From Leptolyngbyaceae cyanobacterium (GTDB lineage: Bacteria; Cyanobacteriota; Cyanobacteriia; Phormidesmidales; Phormidesmidaceae), in assembly GCA_050331235.1 (NCBI GenBank), contig JBHJHA010000018.1:1-29527 (forward strand): a DNA stretch of 29,527 nt, written 5' to 3'. Below are positions 1 to 8,848 of the stretch, one piece after another; within the stretch, counting starts at the first letter, position 1, and the number at the start of each line of letters is the position of its first letter. Below the pieces are notes generated by a model, which was not told where the DNA came from, searched no databases, and worked only from the letters and a program-made list of their open reading frames with translations. The position numbers and the translations under genes were made by a program.

Positions 1-141
1 CCATTCCGCTGAAAGCCCACGGGCGTAAGGCAAAAAGTTTGTTTCGCTATGGCTGTGACTTTTGGCGGCGCACGTTCTCCGATTTCTCCCTGCGCCGCTC
101 TGAATTCAACCAGGCTCTAAAACTTTTGTCCCTGTACTGAG
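1..141 (+). mobile_element. IS4-family element, 3' end of transposase and right terminal inverted repeat (partial, runs off the window)
   Basis: The + frame from base 3 reads IPLKAHGRKAKSLFRYGCDFWRRTFSDFSLRRSEFNQALKLLSLY* (TGA 138-140). This resembles the 'K.HGR.AKS.FRYG.D...FLSCT' C-terminus of cyanobacterial IS4 transposases. TTTTGTCCCTGTACTGAG (124-141) resembles their terminal IR. Confidence 0.8.
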
Positions 142-367
142 GGTCGGTATATATATCCAGCCGATCTGATCTGCCACTGCTTAGTTGATAGAGATAGTAA
201 AGGGAGACCGTCAGGTCGGTGCGAGATTGTCTCACCACCTCTGGATGCATTAGCGCGGCTGGAATAGCTGCCTCCATGTTAACCATTTCGGGATGCTGAA
301 GAATATGCGCCAACCTTTCGTCGGTTAGCCGAATTTGGCTGCCTTGATAGTCAGCAAAGCGCTTCAC
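142..367 (-). pseudogene. Truncated toxin-like protein (PBECR/RelE-like fold, inferred); the ORF tail is read-through into the IS4 end
   Basis: The N-terminus MKRFADYQGSQIRLTDERLAHILQHPEM...LYY resembles small TA-associated nuclease-fold proteins. After YYLY (~190) the similarity is lost, and the last ~30 codons of the 47..367 ORF are the antisense strand of the IS4 transposase. Confidence 0.5.
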
Positions 368-417
368 GATAGCAGAGTCCTGGCATTAACTAGCCCACCG
401 ACAGAGGGTGAGATATT

Positions 418-915
418 TCATTCCTGAACACCAGAAGTGACTGCCAAAGCGTGGGCATAGGTGGCGAGTTCTTGCCGCAGCTTTTCTAACTCGGTGCGGA
501 AGGTGGGTTCTTCAGACCATGCCTTTTCATGTTCCTGGGGGCTCAGGCCTTTGGCATTTTGCGCTTCCCACGCTTGCAACTGCGGATGCCACTTCGACAA
601 AAAGGGGCGAAGACCTTGATTCAGCACGGAGATCGCGATGCCCCCGACCGATTCGCGCGAGGCTCCTACCTTGGGGCCATATTTGCGCAAAATCTCCCGC
701 GTCGAGCCAAACAAACTGTAGAGGGAATTCATGGCTTCCCGCACGGTGCCCTGTTCCGGATTTAAAGACTGCATCGCTATGCGAGTCACTAGCTCGATGT
801 AAAGTTCCCAAGCCGCATTTTGCTCGGTCGGGTCAGCTTCCTAAGTGGTAGAGCCAATGCCAAAAGGCAGACTCACGGACACAGTTTTGAGAACGGCGGG
901 GGCAGGCTTAGCCAT
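418..915 (-). pseudogene. Conserved hypothetical protein interrupted by an in-frame TAG at codon 25
   Basis: ATG at 915 gives MAKPAPAVLKTVSVSLPFGIGSTT*EADPTEQNAAWELYIELVTRIAMQ..., continuing in frame into the 418..789 ORF. The TAG (843-841) is one change from TGG (Trp). Confidence 0.75.
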
Positions 916-995
916 GACTGAACGCGTAAAACAAGATTTTGAAAATGCTGTGAGCGCAGCAGAAGTGTCTGTTGTTGAAATTTTAGCTGATTACA

Positions 996-1280
996 CTAAT
1001 AGCTCCATTTCAATATTTCGTCTCGACGTAGCCAGTTGTGACTTGTCTGGATCGCCTGCTTTGCGATTAGGTCAATTTTGCGGCCCGTGATGGCCGCTAG
1101 TTCATGCTCCATATTGACGAGATTAACCAGCGTCCAAAGAGCATCGGGCGTGAAAGTCACTAAAACGTCAATATCACTGTCGGGCCAAAGTCATCGCGCA
1201 GCGCTGAACCGAACAGCGAAAGCTCAATGATTTGCCAGCTCCGGCAAAAGTCTTGAATGGTCTCAGATGAGAGAATCCTT
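996..1280 (-). pseudogene. Minimal nucleotidyltransferase (MNT, antitoxin of MNT-HEPN TA systems), frameshifted
   Basis: The minus strand reads ...[29 protein letters not shown], then after a 1-nt deletion at ~1182-1184 [57 protein letters not shown]. This carries the GS..R.D...DSDID MNT signature. No in-frame ATG is visible. Confidence 0.85.
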
Positions 1281-1347
1281 TGGTCAACTGTAATTTTGCC
1301 CGTGTAGATCTGCTATACCAAACAGTGGTCATTCACGTTCATTCACT

Positions 1348-1929
1348 ATGCCTACCGTCATCGTTGCTACGGGCAAGCCCGGCAAACTCCACGAAATGCA
1401 AACCTACCTAGCTGAGTTGGGTTGGCAGCTTGCCCTCAAGCCAGCCGAAATTGATGTAGAAGAAACCGGCAGCACCTTTTTAGAAAATGCGCGACTAAAG
1501 GCGTCGGAAGTTGCTAAAGCTACTGGGCAGTGGGCGATCGCTGATGACTCAGGGCTGATGGTGGACGCGCTGGATGGAGCCCCAGGGCTGTATACAGCCC
1601 GCTACGGGCGCAACGATGCCGAACGGATTGGGCGCTTGCTGGGAGAACTGACCAACACTGAGGATCGCACGGCACAATTTGTCTGCGCGATCGCCCTAGC
1701 GCAACCCGACGGTACAGTTGTGGCCCAGACAGAAGGGGTTTGTCGGGGCGAAATTGCGGCTGAACCGCGCGGGGAAGGCGGATTTGGCTATGATCCGGTC
1801 TTTTGGGTGCCGACGGCGCAAAAAACCTTCGCAGAAATGTCTCGCAGCGAAAAAGATCAGCTCAGCCATCGTGGGGTTGCCTTTGGCCAACTCATGCCCG
1901 AGCTGCGCGTGATCGAGTTTACTGAGTAA
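1348..1929 (+). CDS. rdgB: Non-canonical purine NTP pyrophosphatase (RdgB/HAM1)
   Basis: Motifs ATG.PGK, EETG.TF.ENA..KA, ADDSGL.VDAL.GAPG, GFGYDP.F and K...SHRG. Confidence 0.95.
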   Translation: MPTVIVATGKPGKLHEMQTYLAELGWQLALKPAEIDVEETGSTFLENARLKASEVAKATGQWAIADDSGLMVDALDGAPGLYTARYGRNDAERIGRLLGELTNTEDRTAQFVCAIALAQPDGTVVAQTEGVCRGEIAAEPRGEGGFGYDPVFWVPTAQKTFAEMSRSEKDQLSHRGVAFGQLMPELRVIEFTE

Positions 1930-2024
1930 AGGTTCCTAACCGTTACAGCAACGGTGACTGAGCAGAGTCGCAGCCAACCCATAACTCGGTTTTTATGCGT
2001 TCACTGATGATTAAAGTGCAACGC

Positions 2025-2060
2025 AAAAGCAGGCAGCTTCTAGTCCGAAACTGCCTGCTT
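2025..2060 (-). terminator. Rho-independent terminator downstream of psbY
   Basis: Inverted repeat AAGCAGGCAG (2027-2036) / CTGCCTGCTT (2051-2060), ending in a short T run on the minus strand. Confidence 0.7.
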
Positions 2061-2089
2061 CAGTAGCATCCTGGGATGAGCGGGGCTGT

Positions 2090-2212
2090 CTACGCTTCTC
2101 GATTGTTCAAGAAAGTCTGGAGTTGACCAAGAGCTGCTCTGCCAATGTTAAAAATTGCCCAGCTTGCAGCCAATGCAACGGGAGCCAGCACAACCACAAT
2201 TCTCCAATCCAT
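2090..2212 (-). CDS. psbY: Photosystem II protein PsbY (40 aa, below the ORF-track cutoff)
   Basis: Manual translation MDWRIVVVLAPVALAASWAIFNIGRAALGQLQTFLNNREA*, with an AGGAGG RBS upstream of the ATG. Confidence 0.95.
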   Translation of the reverse strand: MDWRIVVVLAPVALAASWAIFNIGRAALGQLQTFLNNREA

Positions 2213-2309
2213 TGCCAAACCTCCTAAAATTAGTGACTTAATAGGTCGTCACAGTTTTCTCATAATCTTTTCGTATCATATTTTATATTTGTTTCGAAAG
2301 GCTACCCAG

Positions 2310-2858
2310 TTAACCAAATCCAAGATTTTTTCCCTGACCTGCGTGGGCTAGGGCAAGTTGGTGATACTTTTTCGCGTGTTCGATCAGATCAGCCGCTTCC
2401 GCCTCTGAGACAGGCCGGGCCACCTTGGCGGGTAGACCGACGACGAGCGATCGCGGCGATACGTCTTTCGTCACCAACGCCCCGGCCCCAACGATGCTGC
2501 CCGCACCTACCCGCACCCCGTTTAGGATGATGGCTCCAATGCCGATGAGGCAGCCTGTTTCGATATGGGCACTGTGAATAACGGCGCGATGGCCAACGGT
2601 GACATAGGCCTCCAAAATGGTTGGCTGCCCCGGATCGCCATGGAGCACAGCCCCATCCTGCACATTGCTGTACTCTCCAACGTGAATGCTTTCGACATCG
2701 CCCCGCAGGACCGCACCGTACCAGACACTGCTGCCGAGGGCCAACTCGACGTCGCCGATGACCGCGGCTCCCGGAGCCACCAGCGCCGCCTGGGACAGGT
2801 CAGGGAACGGCCACAAATTGCCAGGGGCAGTTACGATGGGCGGTGGCATCTCAGTCAT
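2310..2858 (-). CDS. Gamma carbonic anhydrase family protein (hexapeptide repeat, YrdA-like)
   Basis: IGDV, VWYGAVLRGD, SNVQDGAVLH and VTVGHRAVIH (metal-binding His) motifs. Confidence 0.92.
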   Translation of the reverse strand: MTEMPPPIVTAPGNLWPFPDLSQAALVAPGAAVIGDVELALGSSVWYGAVLRGDVESIHVGEYSNVQDGAVLHGDPGQPTILEAYVTVGHRAVIHSAHIETGCLIGIGAIILNGVRVGAGSIVGAGALVTKDVSPRSLVVGLPAKVARPVSEAEAADLIEHAKKYHQLALAHAGQGKNLGFG

Positions 2859-2959
2859 GGACAGAAGCTTTATATAGAATGAACAATGGCGGACAGGTTT
2901 CCCCCGTTATAATACGGCTAGCGGATTCCGTTGGACTGCATCCATCAGCCTATTGCTTA

Positions 2960-3469
2960 ATGGTTAACCCAGCCCTGCAACATCCTATCTTTGGCCCAGA
3001 CATTAAGTGTCCCCATTGCCGTCAAAAGATTACGGCACTGACGCTGACTGACACCTATCTTTGCCCACGCCATGGCGCTTTTGAGGCTAACCCAGAGAGC
3101 AAGGAGCTGGTACATTTGCAGTCGGGACGTCACTGGCGGCAGTGGGATGGGGAATGGTATCGTCAGCATACCCACCCTGATGGAATTCGGTTTGAAATTC
3201 ACGAAGCGCTTGATCGCTTATATACCCAGGGCTATCGAGCAACGCGGGTGATCATTGCCCAGCGCTATCAAGACTTGGTCAAAGCTTATCTAGAACGCAG
3301 TGCTCCCTGGCGCGGACATGGGGAGGGGGGCACGCCCCGACTGTATGGGTTACCGGTAGAGTTTAGCCCCTCCTCCGAAGAGGATCCCTGTTGGAATGTT
3401 ATTAACTTCAACTTGGAAAAGGAGCCCGGAGTACCGGTACGGTATCCCTATTTTCGCCTATTTGAGTAG
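2960..3469 (+). CDS. TIGR02652-family cyanobacterial protein (CxxC...CxxH zinc-binding motif)
   Basis: MVNPALQHPIFGPDIKCPHCRQ.I.ALTLTDTYLCPRHGAFEA...PVRYPYFRLFE. Start placed at ATG 2960 because the upstream extension overlaps the divergent gamma-CA gene. Confidence 0.85.
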   Translation: MVNPALQHPIFGPDIKCPHCRQKITALTLTDTYLCPRHGAFEANPESKELVHLQSGRHWRQWDGEWYRQHTHPDGIRFEIHEALDRLYTQGYRATRVIIAQRYQDLVKAYLERSAPWRGHGEGGTPRLYGLPVEFSPSSEEDPCWNVINFNLEKEPGVPVRYPYFRLFE

Positions 3470-3580
3470 TGCTCAGCAGTGCCCTCGCGCACGCCATCGG
3501 CTTGGCTTCAGGCCAAGCAGCTAGAAGGATTGACAGTCGTTATCTGGGAAATGCTTTCCTAATTTTTGTTTTCAGTTTGT

Positions 3581-4021
3581 ATGCATCACGTTTCCATTCG
3601 TACTGCCAATATTCACCGGGCGATCGCATTTTACTCGCTGCTGGGCTTTGAGATGGAGACACAGTTTACCGCGGGCATCACCCTAGCCTGCTGGATGACC
3701 GGGTTACAGGGACGCATCGAGCTCTTGCAAATCCCGGAGCCCCACGCCACCCCCGATTGCTTTCACGACGAACATTACACCGGCTACTATCACCTGTCGT
3801 TTGACTTGACAGAGACCGTCGACAATCTGCCAAATTGGCTAGAATCGCTGGCAACGCGGTTTGCGGATGCCCACCATCAGGCACCGGAGAAGGTAGCCTT
3901 GCTTAAGGTTTTGCTCCCGCCACAACAGCAAATGATTGGCCGTCAGGTGTATGAGGTCGCATTTATCGCTGATAGTGATGGCTTGCCACTGGAGTTCTTG
4001 CGGATGATGAATCATGAGTAG
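3581..4021 (+). CDS. VOC/glyoxalase family protein
   Basis: MHHVSIRTANIHRAIAFY..LGF, GYYHLSFD and AFIADSDGLPLEF motifs. Confidence 0.9.
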   Translation: MHHVSIRTANIHRAIAFYSLLGFEMETQFTAGITLACWMTGLQGRIELLQIPEPHATPDCFHDEHYTGYYHLSFDLTETVDNLPNWLESLATRFADAHHQAPEKVALLKVLLPPQQQMIGRQVYEVAFIADSDGLPLEFLRMMNHE

Positions 4022-5570
4022 TAATGGGGTCAAGCCTTTTGAAAATAATTGGGCCTATCTCAAAACTGAATTACGCTGGCTCGACCGCATTTTAATGGTC
4101 GCCGTCGCGCGGAAACGTCAGGATGACAAATCCCTCCAACGGGTCGCCAACTCGCCTGCCGATCACGTATCTAGCCACTGGTGGAAAGGTCTCATCACCG
4201 TTAGTCGGGGTATCGATGACCGAGAAGGTCCCCCCCCCAAGCGGCAGCCGCAAACGGCGACAAACACCGCGAGCTATAGTTACCAACTCCAGTTGCGCAT
4301 TCGGGCTAGCCATCAAGCGGGTACGGTGTTGGCGCTGCCGCTGTTGCGCGATCGCCTCAAGCTCTCAGAAGTAGAAAAAAACATCGTGCTGATGGCGATC
4401 GCGCCGGAAATCAACCGGCGCTATGGTCGCCTCTACGACTTTTTACAGGATGAGGAAGGGGCATTGGCCGACCTCCCGACTGTGGATTTGTGTTTGCGTC
4501 TCCTATGTCGAGATGACCACCATTGGCAGCACGCCCGGGCCCGCTTAACGGCAACCCAATCTTTGACCGAGCGGGGATTATTAGAGTGGGTTGGTGACGA
4601 AGAGGGCACGCTACTAAGCCAGCAGGTACGAGTCAGCGATGATTTGACCCGGTTTTTGTTAGCTGATCGTCCGACGTCAGAGGGTTTGAACCAGCTCATC
4701 GAGCCCATTGATGGCCAGGCTGCCAGGCCTTTGGATAGCCATGAAACGTCGTCTTTGCTGCGCTCACCGACCGCAGGTACCCTAAGCTTAGAGACCGCAA
4801 CGCCTTCCACCGCTGGTGGGGAAACAGAGACTGTCCCCTCTGAGACGGCAGCGATCGCCCCCGCCTGGGACCATCTCGTCTTACCCAAAAAGCTCCTTCG
4901 GCAGCTGCAGTATATCGCCCGACAAGCTCCCCTGCGCCATCGTCAAACCGATGTCTCAGGTCTCATGACGCTCCTAGTGGGTGCTCCGGGAACGGGTAAA
5001 ACTCTGGCAGCGGCAACCATAGCCGCCCAGCTCCAGATGCCGCTCACCTGCATTGAGTTGGCAACCCTGTCGCCCGAGGCTTACCCGCCTATCTTGACCC
5101 AATCCCCAGCAGAAACGTCGAGCCTGCTGCTAATTAAGCAGGCAGAACGTTGGTTTGGTCGAAAGCCTGAGGTGGAGGAAGCGTGGCTGCATCAGTGGTG
5201 GCAGTGGCGACAGCAGTTTGGCCTGACGTTGATTGCAGTCACGGTTCCTGACAGTATTCGTCCCCACTGGCGACAAAAGTTTGACACGGTTTTCACCCTG
5301 CCTCGCCCCGATGCTAAAGCTCGCCAGCGCTTGTGGCAGCAGAGCTTTGCCCCCGATACCAAAATTCATAAACTTGACTGGGCCGCCATTGCACAGCAGC
5401 TACCACTGACGGGAGGCGAAATTCACGCGATCGCCCAGACGGCTGAACTGGATTTACAGACCCGACAGCGATCGACCTTGACGATAACAGCACTCCGGGC
5501 GGCGCTAGCGCTGCACCGACCTGACTTGCGCCTAGCGTCAGCCCTAAACCGGGGGCCTTACTCTAAGTAA
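4014..5570 (+). CDS. AAA-family ATPase-like protein with N-terminal helical/winged-helix region (Afp15/Pvc15-like architecture, degenerate Walker B)
   Basis: APEINRRYGRLYDFLQD...PTVDLCLRLLC, WDHLVLP, Walker A GAPGTGKT and LTGGEIHAIA. Confidence 0.75.
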   Translation: MSSNGVKPFENNWAYLKTELRWLDRILMVAVARKRQDDKSLQRVANSPADHVSSHWWKGLITVSRGIDDREGPPPKRQPQTATNTASYSYQLQLRIRASHQAGTVLALPLLRDRLKLSEVEKNIVLMAIAPEINRRYGRLYDFLQDEEGALADLPTVDLCLRLLCRDDHHWQHARARLTATQSLTERGLLEWVGDEEGTLLSQQVRVSDDLTRFLLADRPTSEGLNQLIEPIDGQAARPLDSHETSSLLRSPTAGTLSLETATPSTAGGETETVPSETAAIAPAWDHLVLPKKLLRQLQYIARQAPLRHRQTDVSGLMTLLVGAPGTGKTLAAATIAAQLQMPLTCIELATLSPEAYPPILTQSPAETSSLLLIKQAERWFGRKPEVEEAWLHQWWQWRQQFGLTLIAVTVPDSIRPHWRQKFDTVFTLPRPDAKARQRLWQQSFAPDTKIHKLDWAAIAQQLPLTGGEIHAIAQTAELDLQTRQRSTLTITALRAALALHRPDLRLASALNRGPYSK

Positions 5571-6099
5571 GCTGGAGGCGCTGATGACAGGACCAAGAGG
5601 AATCCGGGTGACGCTGGTAAAACCGGAGTTCCCAATCGACCGCAGCGAGGGGATCGACTAATTCGCTCGCCAGCGCTTTGAGGGCTGATTCCTGATCGGT
5701 GGCAAAGTCATAGGCCAAACTGAGATGAAGCCAATCCTTAGGACGGAGAGGAGACTTGCGGGTGGGCGAGGTAGCAGTGCAAACAAAGTCGAGCACTAGC
5801 TTCTTAAGCCACTCTGAGGTCAGCTCAAGACCGTGCCAATCAGGGCGAAACAGCATATCCTTAACTTCGATGGGAGGCGTCGGTTGCGAGCGTCGATATC
5901 GCTTCAGCGATCGCTCTAGGGATTGGGTGTATTTAGGAATGCTACTCCGCGCATCTTCAAAAAAGCCTGTCAACGTGCAGTGGGGCATATACTGATGCGC
6001 CGCATTGGGACCACAGGCGTGGCGACTCTTATTAAAGTAGACCTCCAGCTGATTGGCCAACTCACCAACCGGGCAAGCATACACAATAAATTTAGCCAT
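5563..6099 (-). CDS. Conserved hypothetical protein, probable 2H phosphoesterase fold
   Basis: Two Hx(T/S) motifs, PHCTL and LHLSL, about 85 aa apart. Confidence 0.65.
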   Translation of the reverse strand: MAKFIVYACPVGELANQLEVYFNKSRHACGPNAAHQYMPHCTLTGFFEDARSSIPKYTQSLERSLKRYRRSQPTPPIEVKDMLFRPDWHGLELTSEWLKKLVLDFVCTATSPTRKSPLRPKDWLHLSLAYDFATDQESALKALASELVDPLAAVDWELRFYQRHPDSSWSCHQRLQLT

Positions 6100-6532
6100 G
6101 AGTCACAGTGGAAGGGTCTCCTCTGAACATCACATAACGCGATCGCACCCGCTGTACAGGTCACTGTGCCAAAGGCGACACAAATAGCTAGCGGCGTTGC
6201 CGTGATCTGACAGTCCTCTGACACCACACCAAGTTTATGGAATGTGGCCTATGGGGGTGTTAACGTCGGTTTATGCCGCTATTAACCTGTCACCCTGCCA
6301 AGGCACGATAGGGCAGAAGGGCGGAAGGGGGCGGGGGGCAAGGGACTGGAAAAGGCGTCGTCACCAGCGGTCTGATGATCGGAACATGGGCGAACCTGAC
6401 TGCCGCTCGCAACCTTGCCGCCACAGATCGCCGATAAATCTTTTGTGAAGCTGCCGCTCCATCAGGATGAGGCGTCCGGCAGAGTCGCCAGAGCGCTTGA
6501 TCCTCCCTGTCCCAAAATTATGTTGACCGGGC

Positions 6533-7351
6533 TCAAGTAGGCAGCGGAAAAAAGAGCGCAAGGTACCAGGCAATTAGGCGGTCGCCCCAAAATAGAGTCA
6601 CTATTCCGCCCATTGCCAAAAACGGACCAAAGGGAATGGGGCTTTTGCGACTGGTCAAGCCCAAGGCGATCGCGCTGCCTCCGATAAAAGCGCCCAACGC
6701 ACAGGCTAAAAAACTGCTGAGTAACATGCCTGGACAGCCGAGCCATGCCCCCAACATCGCCGCCAGTTTCCCATCTCCCCCACCCATCACCGTTTGACCT
6801 GTGAGCAGTGACCCCACGATACTAATCAATTCAAAGATCCAAATGCCTAATACGGCACCGACCGTCGCCGCCATAAAGCCTTTGATCGAGTTTTCTAAGG
6901 AGTGAGGTATGGCGTCAAACACTAGCAGAGTCTGGGCAGCCAACCCCAACACGAGCCCCGACTCAGTGAGTACGTTAGGCAGGGTCAAGGTATCTAAGTC
7001 AATAAAGGTTAGACAGATCAACCAGCTCAGCAAGATCCAAGTGGCCAGCGTAGCCCAAGCCCAGCCAAAATACGCGAAGGCAGCCAAAAACAGCCCCCCG
7101 GTCAATGCTTCGATCAGCGGATAGCGCGGCGAAATAGGGACCCGGCAGTAGCGGCAGCGCCCTTTCAGCCATAACCACCCCAGCACTGGCACATTGTCAT
7201 AGGGACGCAGCGGATGATGGCAACGAGGACAGCGAGAGGGGGGATGCAGCAGCGAGAGAGACGCCGGCACACGATAAATCACCACATTTAAGAAGCTGCC
7301 GATGGCCGCTCCAAAAACGAATATGAGCAACGGAAACAGAATGACAATCAC
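6533..7351 (-). CDS. pilD: Type IV prepilin peptidase/N-methyltransferase
   Basis: GSFLNVVIYRVP, two CxxC pairs, IDLD, MGGGDGKL and IPFGPFL motifs. Confidence 0.95.
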   Translation of the reverse strand: MIVILFPLLIFVFGAAIGSFLNVVIYRVPASLSLLHPPSRCPRCHHPLRPYDNVPVLGWLWLKGRCRYCRVPISPRYPLIEALTGGLFLAAFAYFGWAWATLATWILLSWLICLTFIDLDTLTLPNVLTESGLVLGLAAQTLLVFDAIPHSLENSIKGFMAATVGAVLGIWIFELISIVGSLLTGQTVMGGGDGKLAAMLGAWLGCPGMLLSSFLACALGAFIGGSAIALGLTSRKSPIPFGPFLAMGGIVTLFWGDRLIAWYLALFFPLPT

Positions 7352-7396
7352 AGTCAGCGGGTGACTTATCGTGGAAAAACCAATGCGGGGGCAAGA

Positions 7397-7672
7397 TCAA
7401 TGAATGTCTGGCTCGATTTGGTCGAGGGGGACAAAACACTCGCTGGGCAGCAAAACCGGCGGCCCGCTAAAAATCAATTTACCCCGGCGGGTCTTGCGGC
7501 TGATCGCCACCCCCATGGGCCGTTGCTCATCGGGGTGCACTTCGTAGTAGGTTCGATAAATATGCCGAGCCGCTTTTAGCAGAGCCGGGTCATAAATCGC
7601 TGCGACTCCAGGGATCTCATCTGGATATTGGGCGTGGGGATAAGGTGGGAGTGGCTGGTGATAGCTATGCAC
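7397..7672 (-). CDS. Conserved cyanobacterial hypothetical protein
   Basis: AARHIYRTYYEVHP...RPMGVAI...RGKLIF...LLPSECFVP, co-oriented between leuB and pilD. Confidence 0.75.
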   Translation of the reverse strand: MHSYHQPLPPYPHAQYPDEIPGVAAIYDPALLKAARHIYRTYYEVHPDEQRPMGVAISRKTRRGKLIFSGPPVLLPSECFVPLDQIEPDIH

Positions 7673-7765
7673 AGCTCAGGAACCCGTAATTTTTGGACAA
7701 AAGTTCAGTCAAATATAGCAGGACTCTCTGCGATCGCTCAGTCGGTGAGAGGTTTGCAAAACTTC

Positions 7766-8848
7766 TTAAGCAAGTATTTTTAGGATAGCGTCTCCCATGG
7801 CTTTGCAGCCGACCGCTGTCATGCCATCTGCCATGATATCGCCGGTCCGATAACCCTGATCAAGTACTTGGGTAACCGCCCCCTCAATCTTCTCAGCGGC
7901 GGCGGGTTGATTGAGCCCATAGCGCAGCAGCATCGCAGCACTGAGCACTTGGGCCAAGGGGTTGGCCTTATCTTCTCCAGCAATATCAGGCGCGGAGCCA
8001 TGGACCGGTTCAAACACACCGGGTCCATTCGCCCCTAAGCTGGCAGAAGGCAACATGCCAATGCTGCCAGTCAGCATGGCGGCGGCATCAGACAAAATAT
8101 CACCAAAGAGATTGCCGGTGACGATGGTATCAAACTGTTTGGGCCAGCGCACCAACTGCATGGCCGCATTGTCGACATATAAATGGGAAAGCTCAACATC
8201 CGTGTAATCGTCGGCGAGGGCAGTAATGCAATCGCGCCAGAGCTGCGAGACCTCGAGGACATTAGCCTTATCGACCGAACACAGACGCCCCTGGCGTTTT
8301 TGCGCCGTTTCAAAGGCGACTCGACCGATCCGATCAATTTCGTGATCGGTGTAGGCCATCGTGCTCACGCCCCGCTTTTCCCCCGTTTCCGCCTGGAAGA
8401 TGCCCTTCGGTTCACCGAAATAAATGCCGCCGGTGAGCTCGCGGACCACCATAATATCGACCCCCTCGACGACTTCGCGCTTGAGAGAAGAGGCCTCAAT
8501 GAGCTGGGGCAAAATCGTAGCGGGACGTAGGTTGGCAAAGAGTTCTAACCCAGCCCTGAGACCGAGCAATCCGGTCTCAGGTCGCTGCTGCCGGGGCAGG
8601 GCGTCCCATTTATAGCCGCCAATCGCCGCTAGCAGCACTGCATCGCTCTGCTTACAAAGAGTCAAGGTCTCGTCTGGCAGGGGAGAGCCCGTTTCGTCAA
8701 TCGCAACTCCGCCGATTAGGGCCTCCTGAAAGTCGAAACTGAGGTCGAATTGGCCGCCCACTTGGTTCATAACATCGACAGTGACTGCCATGATTTCGGG
8801 ACCGATGCCGTCGCCTGAGAGCAGAGTAATACGGAAAGATTGCGTCAT
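7766..8848 (-). CDS. leuB: 3-isopropylmalate dehydrogenase
   Basis: [35 protein letters not shown] and [12 protein letters not shown] motifs. Confidence 0.98.
   Translation of the reverse strand: MTQSFRITLLSGDGIGPEIMAVTVDVMNQVGGQFDLSFDFQEALIGGVAIDETGSPLPDETLTLCKQSDAVLLAAIGGYKWDALPRQQRPETGLLGLRAGLELFANLRPATILPQLIEASSLKREVVEGVDIMVVRELTGGIYFGEPKGIFQAETGEKRGVSTMAYTDHEIDRIGRVAFETAQKRQGRLCSVDKANVLEVSQLWRDCITALADDYTDVELSHLYVDNAAMQLVRWPKQFDTIVTGNLFGDILSDAAAMLTGSIGMLPSASLGANGPGVFEPVHGSAPDIAGEDKANPLAQVLSAAMLLRYGLNQPAAAEKIEGAVTQVLDQGYRTGDIMADGMTAVGCKAMGDAILKILA

Noticed and set aside
845..1090. 81-aa + strand ORF
   Set aside because: It is antisense to the two minus-strand pseudogenes, which explain the sequence better.
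6271..6462. Possible interrupted small ORF on the minus strand between pilD and the 2H gene
   Set aside because: No recognisable family or motif, so it cannot be distinguished from chance.
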